From Longimicrobiales bacterium (GTDB taxonomy: Bacteria > Gemmatimonadota > Gemmatimonadetes > Longimicrobiales > Gaopeijiaceae), in contig CBDFIQ010000002.1 in assembly GCA_965248195.1 (NCBI GenBank), forward strand, positions 2,080,001 to 2,144,000: a stretch of DNA of 64,000 nucleotides, read 5' to 3'. The position numbers and the translations under genes were made by a program. Under the pieces are notes generated by a model that was not told the DNA's origin, made no database searches, and saw only the letters and a list, made by a program, of their open reading frames with translations. Every line of letters starts with the position of its first letter. Position 1 is the first letter of the stretch. This document shows positions 10,446-19,701 of this stretch, in pieces.

Positions 10446-12117
10446 GCGCCTCATTCTCGTCCTCTGAGGTGTCGGCTCCCTGGTCTTCAGTGTCCCCTCC
10501 TACCCGTGCCTCGGCCTCGCCCTGGATCTCCCCGTCTCCCGGATCTTCCCCGCCCTCCGCGGCAGCGTCAGCGTCCTCAGTGGCGGTGTGCTTGGCCTCA
10601 GTGGCGGTGTCCTCGGCCTCTGGAGCGGTGTCCTCGACCTCAGTGGCGGTGTCCTCGGCCTCAGTGGCGTGGTCCTCGGCCTCTGGAGCGGTGTCCTCGA
10701 CCTCCGGGGCGGTCTCCTCGACCTCAGTGGCGGTGTCCTCGGCCTCTGGAGCGGTGTCCTCGACCTCCGGGGCGGTGTCCTCGACCTCAGTGGCGGTGTC
10801 CCCTGCCACCACGGCGAGGTCATCGGCGACGACCGTCAACTCATCGATCAACTTCAGCAATAGCTCGGTCTCCGTTTCCCCGAGGCCCTCGATGGCCAAG
10901 AACTCGGCACGGTCGAATTCGATAATTTGCAAGAACGTACTATATCCAGCACCCTCGAGGGCACCGAGAGTCTCCGCCGTCAGCTCGAGTTCGGCGAGCG
11001 CGAAGTCGGACGTCTCGTAGACATCGTCGTCCGATTTCCGCTTGAACAAGGACAAGTCGGCGCCGAGCTCCAGCCACTCGCGGGATCCGTAAAGATCGAT
11101 CTGCCATCCGATCAGCTGCGAAGCGAGCCTGACGTTTTGTCCGTTCCGGCCGATGGCCAGAGATAGCTGATCCTCGTCAACGATCGCCGTGATCACCTGG
11201 CGTTCCTGATCGCTCATCACTTTCGAGACCCGAGCAGGCGCGAGGGCCCGCCGCGCAAAGACCTCTGGCTCGGCATGCCACGGAACGATGTCGATGCGCT
11301 CCCCGCCCAACTCCTGAACTACAGCCTGGACCCTCGAACCCCGCAAACCGACACAGGCGCCGACCGGATCGATCGACTCGTCACGGCTGTAGACGGCAAT
11401 CTTGGTTCTGCCGCCGACTTCGCGCGCGATTTCCTTGATGTCGACGATACCCTGATGGATCTCCGGCACCTCGAGATAGAAGAGCGCGCCCACGAAGATC
11501 GGGGCCGCCCTCGACAGGACCAGCCGGGGTCCCTTGGGCGTCTCTTCCACCTTCTTGAGGACAGATCGGATGGGATCGCCTTGCCTGAACCGCTCGCGAG
11601 GATTCTGATCCTTCCATGGAATGACAGCGTCGGCATCGGGGGAGCGGTTGAGCATCACCACAATTTTGCCTCTCTCGATCTGCTGGACTTCGCCCGACAA
11701 GAGCTCGCCCACACGATCGGCGTATTCGTCGCGAATCCGGTCGCGTTCGTTCTCGCGGACCCGCTGCACGATGCGTTGCTTCACCGCCATCACCGCGTTT
11801 CGGCCGAAATCTTCAAAGTCGACCGGAATTTCCATCACGTCCCCGACCTCGAAACCCTCATCGTCCCAACGGGCCTCTTCGAGGCCGATCTCCGACGACG
11901 GATCCTCGACCTCTTCCACCACACGGCGGAGTACCAGAATGCCCAAGCCACCCGTGAGGTCATCAATCGTGATCTCGGCCTGCACATTGGGGCCATGTAT
12001 CCGAGCCAAGCCTGCCATGATGCCATCCCTGAGGAGGTCGTTCACCTCCTCGGGCGACAGACTCTTCGTAGTAGCGACGTCGTTGAACGCAGCAATAATT
12101 TGGCCAGCATCGATCAT
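10438..12117 (-). CDS. nusA: Transcription termination/antitermination factor NusA with repetitive acidic C-tail
   Basis: FGRNA, LEVPEI, AREVGGRTKIAV, DPVGACVG, LAIGRNGQNVRLA. Confidence 0.97.
   Translation of the reverse strand: MIDAGQIIAAFNDVATTKSLSPEEVNDLLRDGIMAGLARIHGPNVQAEITIDDLTGGLGILVLRRVVEEVEDPSSEIGLEEARWDDEGFEVGDVMEIPVDFEDFGRNAVMAVKQRIVQRVRENERDRIRDEYADRVGELLSGEVQQIERGKIVVMLNRSPDADAVIPWKDQNPRERFRQGDPIRSVLKKVEETPKGPRLVLSRAAPIFVGALFYLEVPEIHQGIVDIKEIAREVGGRTKIAVYSRDESIDPVGACVGLRGSRVQAVVQELGGERIDIVPWHAEPEVFARRALAPARVSKVMSDQERQVITAIVDEDQLSLAIGRNGQNVRLASQLIGWQIDLYGSREWLELGADLSLFKRKSDDDVYETSDFALAELELTAETLGALEGAGYSTFLQIIEFDRAEFLAIEGLGETETELLLKLIDELTVVADDLAVVAGDTATEVEDTAPEVEDTAPEAEDTATEVEETAPEVEDTAPEAEDHATEAEDTATEVEDTAPEAEDTATEAKHTATEDADAAAEGGEDPGDGEIQGEAEARVGGDTEDQGADTSEDENEAHG
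10573..10803 (-). repeat. About 11 copies of a 21-bp coding tandem repeat (EDTA[PT]E[VA]) in the nusA 3' end
   Basis: Recurrent GCGGTGTCCTCG(A/G)CCTC units; translation GDTATEV-EDTAPEV-EDTAPEA... Confidence 0.95.
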
Positions 12118-12138
12118 AATGTCCTCAGCCCTGAGCGC

Positions 12139-12624
12139 TCACTTCCATTTGAACAGAAGGCGGGCTCCCTTGATATCCGTAATGGGCACACCCACCTCTG
12201 CACCATCTCCAAGCCGAAGTCGAACCGTCGGTTCCGGCTCCGAGTCCAACCCCAACAACTCGGCCTCGAGCCGGGAGGAGCGCTCCGCGAGCACGCCGTA
12301 ACCCACAACGACGACCGACTCGCCCGCAAATCGCTCCCAATCCTGCAGCCGCGTCAGAGGCCGTTCGACACCCGGCGACGAGACCTCCAACACATACCGT
12401 TCCGGTATCTCGTCATGCTCGTCCAGCCAACACTCCAACGCCCGGCTCACACGGGCGCAATCGTCCAGAGTCACCGGCGGGTCACCCATCGGACTCCGCT
12501 CAATACGGAGCCGAATGACCGGCCGCTTCCCGCTACCTGCCCAGTCCATCGAAAGGAGATCGATCCCTAGATCCAGGAGGCGGTCCTCTGCCTCACGCCT
12601 AATCTCCGGCCACGCTGGAGCCAT
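12139..12624 (-). CDS. rimP: Ribosome maturation factor RimP
   Basis: VTLDDCARVSR, YVLEVSSPGVERPL; ATG 12624 preceded by GGAGGGAG. Confidence 0.95.
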   Translation of the reverse strand: MAPAWPEIRREAEDRLLDLGIDLLSMDWAGSGKRPVIRLRIERSPMGDPPVTLDDCARVSRALECWLDEHDEIPERYVLEVSSPGVERPLTRLQDWERFAGESVVVVGYGVLAERSSRLEAELLGLDSEPEPTVRLRLGDGAEVGVPITDIKGARLLFKWK

Positions 12625-12665
12625 GCTCCCCTCCACCCGGGGATCGACATAAACCCCCCGAGAAC

Positions 12666-12697
12666 AAAAAAGCGGGGGCGAACAACTCCCCCACTTA
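12666..12697 (-). promoter_or_regulatory. rimP 5' leader hairpin with U-tract (attenuator-like)
   Basis: Minus strand AAGTGGGGGAGTTGTTCGCCCCCGCTTTTTT, resembling the hairpin widely seen upstream of rimP-nusA-infB. Confidence 0.65.
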
Positions 12698-12735
12698 CAA
12701 AATCGCCGCCCCTTGGGGCGGCCCAGACAGGCTGC

Positions 12736-12764
12736 AACATAGCCGCAACGTCTTTCCTTTTCAA
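12736..12764 (-). promoter_or_regulatory. Putative sigma70 promoter for the rimP operon
   Basis: TTGAAA-17 bp-TATGTT. Confidence 0.55.
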
Positions 12765-12824
12765 GACTTCCGCGGTTCCTGAAGCGGAGTCCTCGGGCGC
12801 TCATGGGTCCTCCGCGTCTTCGGT

Positions 12825-13193
12825 CTAGGAATCTGCGGAGTCCCCCCCGTCCGTGCCTACCTTTCGCTCGATATCCGTGACCCGGATGTCGAGCCGCTCC
12901 AGCACCTCCTTGAGGGCGTCGAGCTCCTTCTGCTTGACGAAATCGAGCGCGTCACGAGCTTCCCCGGCTTTTTCTTGCGCCTTCTCGAGCGTGCTCCGCA
13001 TCACCTCTTTCGCCCGTTCCGGGGTCAGATCCCCACGCTCCTTCGCCTCCTTCAGGGTTTCTTCAATGGCATCCTTCATCGCCGCAAGCATGCCGAGCCC
13101 CTGGCGAATCCCGCTTTTGATGCCCTCGCGTCGTCCTTCCTCCTTCGGTTCTGTCTCACCGTTCGAGCCATTCTCTTCCTCAGACATCGCCAT
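12825..13193 (-). CDS. Phasin / PhaF-like (PHA granule-associated) helical protein
   Basis: GLGMLAAMKDAIEETLKEAKERGDLTPERAKE...LDFVKQKELDALKE..ERL pattern; start 13193 or 13187. Confidence 0.55.
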   Translation of the reverse strand: MAMSEEENGSNGETEPKEEGRREGIKSGIRQGLGMLAAMKDAIEETLKEAKERGDLTPERAKEVMRSTLEKAQEKAGEARDALDFVKQKELDALKEVLERLDIRVTDIERKVGTDGGDSADS

Positions 13194-13243
13194 TCCCTTT
13201 GCTGTTTGCCCGCGAAACAAGCCGTCGCGGAAAAGGTGATCAT

Positions 13244-14542
13244 CTACGGGGCATCCTGGTGCGGGGCATCCTGGCGCTCGATGCGGGCACCCAGCGCCCT
13301 CAGCCGCTCGTCGATCCTTTCATAGCCGCGCTCGATTTGTGTGACGTTTTGGATGCGGCTGGTCCCCTGGGCCCCCAAGGCGGCGATCAGCATCGCCATT
13401 CCCGCGCGGATGTCCGGACTCTCCAGCACCGTACCCTGGAGCACCGAGGGCCCGACCACAACCGCCCTATGGGGATCACAAAGGATGATCCGCGCCCCCA
13501 TTCCGACCAACTTGTCCGTGAAGTACATTCGGGATTCGAACATTTTTTCGTGAACCAGGACCGTGCCTGTGCACTGCGTGGCGGTCACCACCGCAATCGA
13601 CGTCAAATCCGCGGGGAACGCGGGCCAGGGTCCGTCATCGATCTTGGGCACAGCGCCGAAGGCGTCACTCGCCACCTGGCACGTGCGATCCCCGTGAACG
13701 GTAAGGGTATCCCCATCAACAGTCACCTCGACCCCGAGTCTCCTGAAGCCCAAAAGGGTCGAATCGAGGTGCTCGACGGGAGCGCCTTCCACCACGATTT
13801 CGCTCCCCGTTACCGCGGCGAGGCCCACGAAGGACCCGGCTTCGACGTGGTCAGAACCCACCGCAAACGTGGCGCCTCCGAGCTCGGGCACGCCTGAGAT
13901 ATGAAGGTGGTTGGTACCAATTCCCTCGATTCGGGCACCCATCGCATTGAGGAGACGGCATAGATCCTGGACGTGCGGCTCCGAAGCGGAGTTTCGGATC
14001 GAGGACTCTCCCTTGGCGAGGACAGCGGCCATGATGGCGTTCTCCGTGGCCGTGACCGAGGGCTCATCCAAGAAGAAGTCTGCCCCCCTGAGGTCCCGCG
14101 CCTCGATCTCGAACCCGCCGGCCAACCGAACGGTGGCTCCGAGTGCCTCGAACGCCAGGAAATGGGTATCCATTCGGCGACGCCCGATGACGTCGCCCCC
14201 AGGAGGCGGAAGGTCGACCCTTCCGAAACGAGCCAGCAGTGGACCGGCCAAGAGGAGTGATGCCCGAATTCGTTCAGTCAGCGCCCGGTCCACGCTCCCC
14301 GTAGAGACCGAAGAGGCATCGATCGTTACGGCGTTCCCGTCATCCCAGCGAACATCAGCACCGAGGGACGTGACGATTTGCAAAAGGGTCTCGACATCGC
14401 CTATCCTGGGGATGTTCTGGAGCGTGACGGGCTCCGACGCCATAACGGTCGCCGCGATGGCGGGGAGGGCAGCGTTCTTGTTCCCCGCCGGCCTGATCCT
14501 TCCGCTCAGCGAGTGTCCGCCTTCTACGATGTAACTGGGCAT
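13244..14542 (-). CDS. murA: UDP-N-acetylglucosamine 1-carboxyvinyltransferase (Asp at the active-site Cys position)
   Basis: GNKNAALP, RASLL, PGGDVIGRR, SVTATEN, EPHV, PWPAFPADL, PDIRAG, IERGYE. Confidence 0.97.
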   Translation of the reverse strand: MPSYIVEGGHSLSGRIRPAGNKNAALPAIAATVMASEPVTLQNIPRIGDVETLLQIVTSLGADVRWDDGNAVTIDASSVSTGSVDRALTERIRASLLLAGPLLARFGRVDLPPPGGDVIGRRRMDTHFLAFEALGATVRLAGGFEIEARDLRGADFFLDEPSVTATENAIMAAVLAKGESSIRNSASEPHVQDLCRLLNAMGARIEGIGTNHLHISGVPELGGATFAVGSDHVEAGSFVGLAAVTGSEIVVEGAPVEHLDSTLLGFRRLGVEVTVDGDTLTVHGDRTCQVASDAFGAVPKIDDGPWPAFPADLTSIAVVTATQCTGTVLVHEKMFESRMYFTDKLVGMGARIILCDPHRAVVVGPSVLQGTVLESPDIRAGMAMLIAALGAQGTSRIQNVTQIERGYERIDERLRALGARIERQDAPHQDAP

Positions 14543-14689
14543 AACCTCCCTACCGTTTCTCGAGCCCTGTCCCCGCTATGTCGTGCCACCTCAACCTCAT
14601 GCTCATGGTCACACCGCTAACGACGGACGCCAACATATTCACCTCTACCCGAGCACAGCAACAATCGCGCCGGGACCGGGGCGGCCACC

Positions 14690-14719
14690 TTGACACCACG
14701 TGCGAGCCCGGCCTAGTCT
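14690..14719 (+). promoter_or_regulatory. Putative sigma70 promoter
   Basis: TTGACA-18 bp-TAGTCT upstream of the P-II-like remnant and the DUF948-like gene. Confidence 0.4.
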
Positions 14720-14815
14720 GGTAAAGCGCGGGATCGGCAACTGTGGTGAGCACTTGAATGATCTCACAAATAATTATGTTGCATTCTTTTACTGGTTTTA
14801 TCTAAAGTCAATTAT

Positions 14816-14946
14816 CACCTCCTCATCGCCGCTCTCAACGCCCCCGACGAACTCGACTCGATCCTGGCAGGCTAACTCGAGTTTGGGGTACGGCGTACGG
14901 GAGGCTACCGTGATCCACTCGGAGGGGATGGGCCGAGTGCTCTCCC
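14816..14946 (+). pseudogene. Remnant of a P-II-like small regulatory protein gene
   Basis: Reads HLLIAALNAPDELDSILAG*LEFGVR, then after a 7-bp insertion (GTACGG-C-GTACGG) EATVIHSEGMGRVLS; in-frame TAA at 14873; no start codon and no C-terminal half. Confidence 0.65.
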
Positions 14947-14994
14947 CTAAACGAGGGACTAGAACATCGGACTCATGAGCTTTTACATTTCGGG

Positions 14995-15576
14995 ATGAGG
15001 ACTCATTTGCTTTCGGTTTCGGTCATACCACTACAGCAAGCGGCAGCGGGCACCGCCGCGACGCCTATACAGGTCGCGGCGGAAATCTCGACAGTCGTGA
15101 TCGCCGTGGCAGTGGTGTTCCTCTTGGTGGTCGCCCTCGCTTTGGTCCTGCAGGTGAAGAAGCTCCTCAAGTCGCTCCAGCAAAACGTCCAGCCGGTGAC
15201 AGATCGCGCACGCGTAGCGGCCGAGAACGTGGAGTACATCTCCGCCGTTGTACGAGAGGACGTGCAGAGGGTCCGAACATCGGTATCCGGTTTGTCCGAT
15301 CGTCTCAAAAAGGCCTCCGACCGAATGGAGGAGCGCGTTGAGGAGTTCAACGCACTCATGGACGTGGTCCAGGATGAGGCCGAATCGGTTCTGCTCGATA
15401 CGGCTGCTGTCGTACGCGGCGTTCGGGCCGGAGCCCAGACCGTGGGCGAGGGTGTGGCCGGAGCCACCCCCGAGGGAGACGCCCAGGGGTCGACGCCCCT
15501 CGATGATGAGGACGACTCCGAGGTCGACGATGAGGTGGATGAGGCGATGGCCCGGGAAGCCCCCGAAGGGGCGTGA
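14995..15576 (+). CDS. Single-TM coiled-coil protein (DUF948/YoxC-like)
   Basis: Hydrophobic helix ISTVVIAVAVVFLLVVALALV followed by a heptad-rich region and acidic tail. Confidence 0.6.
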   Translation: MRTHLLSVSVIPLQQAAAGTAATPIQVAAEISTVVIAVAVVFLLVVALALVLQVKKLLKSLQQNVQPVTDRARVAAENVEYISAVVREDVQRVRTSVSGLSDRLKKASDRMEERVEEFNALMDVVQDEAESVLLDTAAVVRGVRAGAQTVGEGVAGATPEGDAQGSTPLDDEDDSEVDDEVDEAMAREAPEGA

Positions 15577-16523
15577 AAACCGCCGCCGCCCTCGGGGTAG
15601 CTTTGGCGTGGATCCTCTTACGGCCGGAGCCGCTTTGGGCGTGGGGTCCAGGGACGCATATCGCTTTGGGCGAGGGCGTGCTGGCTTCGCTCTACCTGCT
15701 CCCTCCGGCCATCCGTGCGATCATCAAATCCCATCCCCTTCATTTCCTCTACGGCTCGATCGCAGCGGACATCTCCTTCGCCAAGAAGTATGTGCCCGAC
15801 GGGAGGCACTGCCACCATTGGCACATGGGTGAAGAGATCCTGGCCGCCGCCGACACCCCGAGACTCAGCGCAGTCGGCTACGGGTACCTCGCGCACTTGG
15901 CAGCGGACACGGTGGCTCACAATCTCTTCGTTCCACGCCAACTCCTGATCACGAGCACGACCCAGGCGCTCGGCCATACGTACTGGGAACACCGGATGGA
16001 CATCCATGTCGGTGAGAAGTATCTGACGAAGGCCAGGCACCTCGTCATGGAAAACGATCACTCCGAGGCGGATGCACTCTTCGACAGGGTTCTGAGCAAC
16101 ACACTTTTCAGCTTCCGAACGAACCAGCGAATCTTCCGGGGGATGATTCGGTTCAGCGACAACGACCGTTGGAGACAGGTCTTCGACCAGGTGCTCCAAC
16201 GATCTCGGTTCGATTTGCCTCCCCCGCTCGTATCGTCCTACCACGCGCTCTCTTTCGAGTACGTCATCGCCTACCTGATTGCGGGCGCCGACTCACAACC
16301 GGCCAATCTCGACCCGATCGGAGAGTTGAACCTGAAGCTGGCCAAGAAAGTCCGGCGCCTCGCTCTTGCTCGAGGGGGTGCAAACGACCCGGCCCACCTT
16401 CATGCCAACGCCGACGAGTTCTTCCCCGTACCCGGTGACGACCTCGTTTTCTGGCCTCGTCGGGACAAGGCCGACGCCCTTATTCGTCCAAGCGAGCTCG
16501 AAGCAACGCCGATAGTGCCTTAG
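15573..16523 (+). CDS. Zinc-dependent phospholipase C / S1-P1-like family protein with signal peptide
   Basis: Signal peptide then WGPGTH; GSIAAD; HCHHW; GYLAHLAADTVAHN; HTYWE. Confidence 0.8.
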   Translation: MKTAAALGVALAWILLRPEPLWAWGPGTHIALGEGVLASLYLLPPAIRAIIKSHPLHFLYGSIAADISFAKKYVPDGRHCHHWHMGEEILAAADTPRLSAVGYGYLAHLAADTVAHNLFVPRQLLITSTTQALGHTYWEHRMDIHVGEKYLTKARHLVMENDHSEADALFDRVLSNTLFSFRTNQRIFRGMIRFSDNDRWRQVFDQVLQRSRFDLPPPLVSSYHALSFEYVIAYLIAGADSQPANLDPIGELNLKLAKKVRRLALARGGANDPAHLHANADEFFPVPGDDLVFWPRRDKADALIRPSELEATPIVP

Positions 16524-17910
16524 GATCGGCACGGCCCTGCGACTTGCGCATGGTCTGGCCGACGAAGTAACCGATGAGCCGTGTTTCCCCGGATCGGTAC
16601 CGCTCGACCTCGTCGGAATTTTCCTCGATGACGGCGTCTACCCAGGCGTTGAGCTCATCGGAGTCTTGGACTTGCGAAAGCCCCTCCGTCTCGATGATCT
16701 CCCGTGCGGTCTTGCCAGAATCGACCATCTGACCGAGAACCCTCCGGCCCATGCTGCCCGAGACCGTACCGTCGTCCACCAGCCCGATCAGCTCGGCCAA
16801 GCCCTGCGGGGTTATTCCCAGGTTCTCCACCGACCGCTGAACGCGATTGGCCTCCTTCAGTAGCGGCCCTTTCACCCAATTGGCCGCGGCCTTGGCTTGG
16901 CCCACGACCGTTACGAGGACCTCGAAATAGTCGGCCAGTGAACGCGACGCGATGAGTACCTCTACGTCGCGGCCGTCGAGATCGTGTTCCTCCATGAGCC
17001 GTATCCGCCGCTGGGCGGGGAGTTCGGGGAGCTCGGCTTCCAACCGGCGGATTCGTTCGGCGTCGAACCGGACGGGGGGCAGGTCGGGGTCCGGGAAATA
17101 ACGATAGTCGTGGCTCTCTTCCTTGGACCGCATCGACCGTAGGGTGCCGTCTCGCTCATCCCAGAGGAGCGTTTCCTGGACGATCTCTCCGCCCGCGTCG
17201 AGGATTGCGGCCTGCCGCTTGGCCTCGGCCACAACAGAACGTTCCACCGCCGAAAAGGAGTTGAGGTTCTTGACTTCCGTCTTCACGCCGTACCCCTCGG
17301 CGCCCTCCGGCCGGAGCGACATGTTCGCGTCGACTCGAAGACTGCCCTCCTCCATGTTACAGTCGCTGACGTCCAGGTATTCGAGCGTGCGCTTGAGCTC
17401 CTGGAGGAAGGTCCTCGCTTGAGCCGGGGTACGCAGGTCCGGCTCGGTCACGATCTCGATGAGGGGCACACCCGTCCGGTTGAGGTCCACCGCAGTTCCC
17501 TCGGGAATGCGATCATGAATCGACTTTCCCGCGTCCTCCTCCAGATGAATGCGCCGGATTCGGATGGGGCGGGTCCCGTTGTCGGACCGCACCGAAACGA
17601 TGCCTTCGCTCGCCAGCGGCTCGGAGAACTGGGTGATCTGATATCCCTTCGGAAGATCGGGATAGAAGTAGCTTTTCCGGGCGAAGACACTCACCTCGTT
17701 CACCCGGCAATCCAGACCGAGGGCCGCGATGATCGCCAAATCGACGGCTTCGCTATTGAGCACCGGGAGGGCCCCGGGAAGACCCAAGCAGACCGGGCAC
17801 ACCTGGCTGTTGGGCGGCTCGCCGAAGGCGGTACCATCGGAGCAGAAGAGCTTTTCGGCCGTGCGGAGCTGCACGTGGACCTCCAGGCCGATCACCATCT
17901 CCCAACTCAT
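16480..17910 (-). CDS. gatB: Asp/Glu-tRNA amidotransferase subunit B
   Basis: IGLEVHVQL, CPVCLGLPGALP, YFYPDLPKGYQITQ, HLEEDAGKS, YRYFPDPDL. Confidence 0.98.
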   Translation of the reverse strand: MSWEMVIGLEVHVQLRTAEKLFCSDGTAFGEPPNSQVCPVCLGLPGALPVLNSEAVDLAIIAALGLDCRVNEVSVFARKSYFYPDLPKGYQITQFSEPLASEGIVSVRSDNGTRPIRIRRIHLEEDAGKSIHDRIPEGTAVDLNRTGVPLIEIVTEPDLRTPAQARTFLQELKRTLEYLDVSDCNMEEGSLRVDANMSLRPEGAEGYGVKTEVKNLNSFSAVERSVVAEAKRQAAILDAGGEIVQETLLWDERDGTLRSMRSKEESHDYRYFPDPDLPPVRFDAERIRRLEAELPELPAQRRIRLMEEHDLDGRDVEVLIASRSLADYFEVLVTVVGQAKAAANWVKGPLLKEANRVQRSVENLGITPQGLAELIGLVDDGTVSGSMGRRVLGQMVDSGKTAREIIETEGLSQVQDSDELNAWVDAVIEENSDEVERYRSGETRLIGYFVGQTMRKSQGRADPKALSALLRARLDE

Positions 17911-17940
17911 ACGCCCCCCCCCATCAATCGCCATCTCGCA

Positions 17941-19371
17941 TTACCCATCCCTATCGCCGCTCTTCAGGGCGGCTTCCAAAGCGAAAGCCACGCGGAACAG
18001 CGTCGCCTCTCTCCACATAGGGGCGAGCAACTGGCCACCCACTGGAAGTCCATCGGAGGTACCGACCGGAACGGAGATGGCCGGGAGTCCGGCGAGGTTG
18101 GCGGTGACGGTAAATACATCGGCCAGATACATCTGGAGTGGATCTTGGACCCTCTCGCCCAACGGAAAGGCAACGGTCGGCGAGGTGGGCGTGAAAAGGA
18201 CGTCGACCCCTTCGCCGAAGACCGTCTCGAAGTCGGCTGACACCAAGCTTCGGGCACGTTGAGCGCGGCCGTAGTATTGATCGTGGTAGCCCGCCGTCAA
18301 AGCGAAGGTGCCGAGTAGAATCCGACGCTTGACCTCCCGCCCGAAACCGGCCGTGCGCGTACGCTCATACATCTCACCCAGGTCTTCCCCGGCGCTGTCC
18401 CTGAAGCCATACCTAACGCCGTCGAAACGCGCCAGGTTACTGGACGCCTCTGCGTTGGCGATAACATAATAAGCCGACAAGGCGTAGACCGTGTGTGGGA
18501 GTGAGACCTTACGGATTCGGGCGCCGTTCGCTTCCAGGGCATCGAGCGCAGCCTGGCACCTCGCCTCCACACCGGGCGCTAGTGCGTCGCCGAAGTACTC
18601 GGCGGGTACTCCCACGACCAGGCCCTCGGTGCCGGCATCACGGTCCTCCGAGAAGTCCGGCACGGGCCGATCGACCGACGTCGAATCCCGTGGATCGTGA
18701 CCCGCTACGACTTGGAGGAGTTCGGCCGCGTCCGCCACAGTGGCTCCGAACATTCCGACCTGATCCAAAGAAGACGCGAAGGCCACCAGCCCGTACCGGC
18801 TCACCCGACCGTACGTGGGCTTGACGCCGACCACGCCGCAAAAGGAGGCGGGCTGGCGGACCGACCCGCCAGTATCTGATCCGAGTGCCCCGGGAACGAT
18901 GCCCGCCGCGACCGCCGCCGCCGATCCCCCAGAGCTCCCACCCGGCACACGGGCGGGATCACGTGGATTGCGCACGGGCCCGTAGGCCGAGTTTTCAGTG
19001 GAAGACCCCATGGCGAACTCGTCCAGGTTGGTCTTCCCGACGATGACGGCGCCCTCCTCTTGCAAACGCCGCACCACGGTCGCCTCGTACGGGGACCGAT
19101 AGCCCTCGAGGATCTTTGACCCACAGGTCGTAGGAAACCCCGCGGCGGCCAGATTGTCCTTGACGGCGACGGGAACACCGGAGAGCCGTCCGCCATCCCT
19201 GGGAACCTCCAGCGCCAAAGCCTCGGAATCGGACAGCGCGGCGAGAAAGGCGTTCAGTCCCTTCGACCCTCCGTTCTGCTCATGAAGCCGGGCGACGGCC
19301 GCCCTGGCTGGTTCTGCGGCGTCCACACGACCTTCCCGGACCGCTTCGGATATTGAAGCGATGTCGGTCAC
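17941..19371 (-). CDS. gatA: Asp/Glu-tRNA amidotransferase subunit A
   Basis: [51 protein letters not shown]. Confidence 0.97.
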   Translation of the reverse strand: MTDIASISEAVREGRVDAAEPARAAVARLHEQNGGSKGLNAFLAALSDSEALALEVPRDGGRLSGVPVAVKDNLAAAGFPTTCGSKILEGYRSPYEATVVRRLQEEGAVIVGKTNLDEFAMGSSTENSAYGPVRNPRDPARVPGGSSGGSAAAVAAGIVPGALGSDTGGSVRQPASFCGVVGVKPTYGRVSRYGLVAFASSLDQVGMFGATVADAAELLQVVAGHDPRDSTSVDRPVPDFSEDRDAGTEGLVVGVPAEYFGDALAPGVEARCQAALDALEANGARIRKVSLPHTVYALSAYYVIANAEASSNLARFDGVRYGFRDSAGEDLGEMYERTRTAGFGREVKRRILLGTFALTAGYHDQYYGRAQRARSLVSADFETVFGEGVDVLFTPTSPTVAFPLGERVQDPLQMYLADVFTVTANLAGLPAISVPVGTSDGLPVGGQLLAPMWREATLFRVAFALEAALKSGDRDG

Positions 19372-19688
19372 GGAGTGCCTCCCGGATCGTCCGCCCCACC
19401 AAGCGACGGCGGAGAGGGCACCACGAAGAACCCGTCCCTGAAGTCGGGCGCGGAATCAGTGAGCGGACGCGCCATCGGGTCGGGTGGGATTTGGCCGGCT
19501 TCTCGTTCCGGAGCCTCCGCCGGCCCCAATTCGAGTCGCCCTCCACCGGGCACTTGCAGGGAGGCGAGCTTATCTACGTACTCGAGAATCTGGCTCAGAT
19601 CGTGGGAGAGGGCCTCGGACTCCGAGTCGGTGAGTCGGAGTCGGGCCAAAGTCGCAATCCGGAGGATCTCTTCGCGGGTGATCGACAC
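19368..19688 (-). CDS. gatC: Asp/Glu-tRNA amidotransferase subunit C
   Basis: ITREEILRIATLARL...ILEYVDKL...GFFVVP; overlaps the gatA start. Confidence 0.93.
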   Translation of the reverse strand: MSITREEILRIATLARLRLTDSESEALSHDLSQILEYVDKLASLQVPGGGRLELGPAEAPEREAGQIPPDPMARPLTDSAPDFRDGFFVVPSPPSLGGADDPGGTP

Positions 19689-19701
19689 GGTGGCCCTCCG
19701 G

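Noticed and set aside
14754..14769. CTTGA-N6-TCACA as a CRP/FNR-type site
   Set aside because: Only one good half-site in an AT-rich patch; not enough support.
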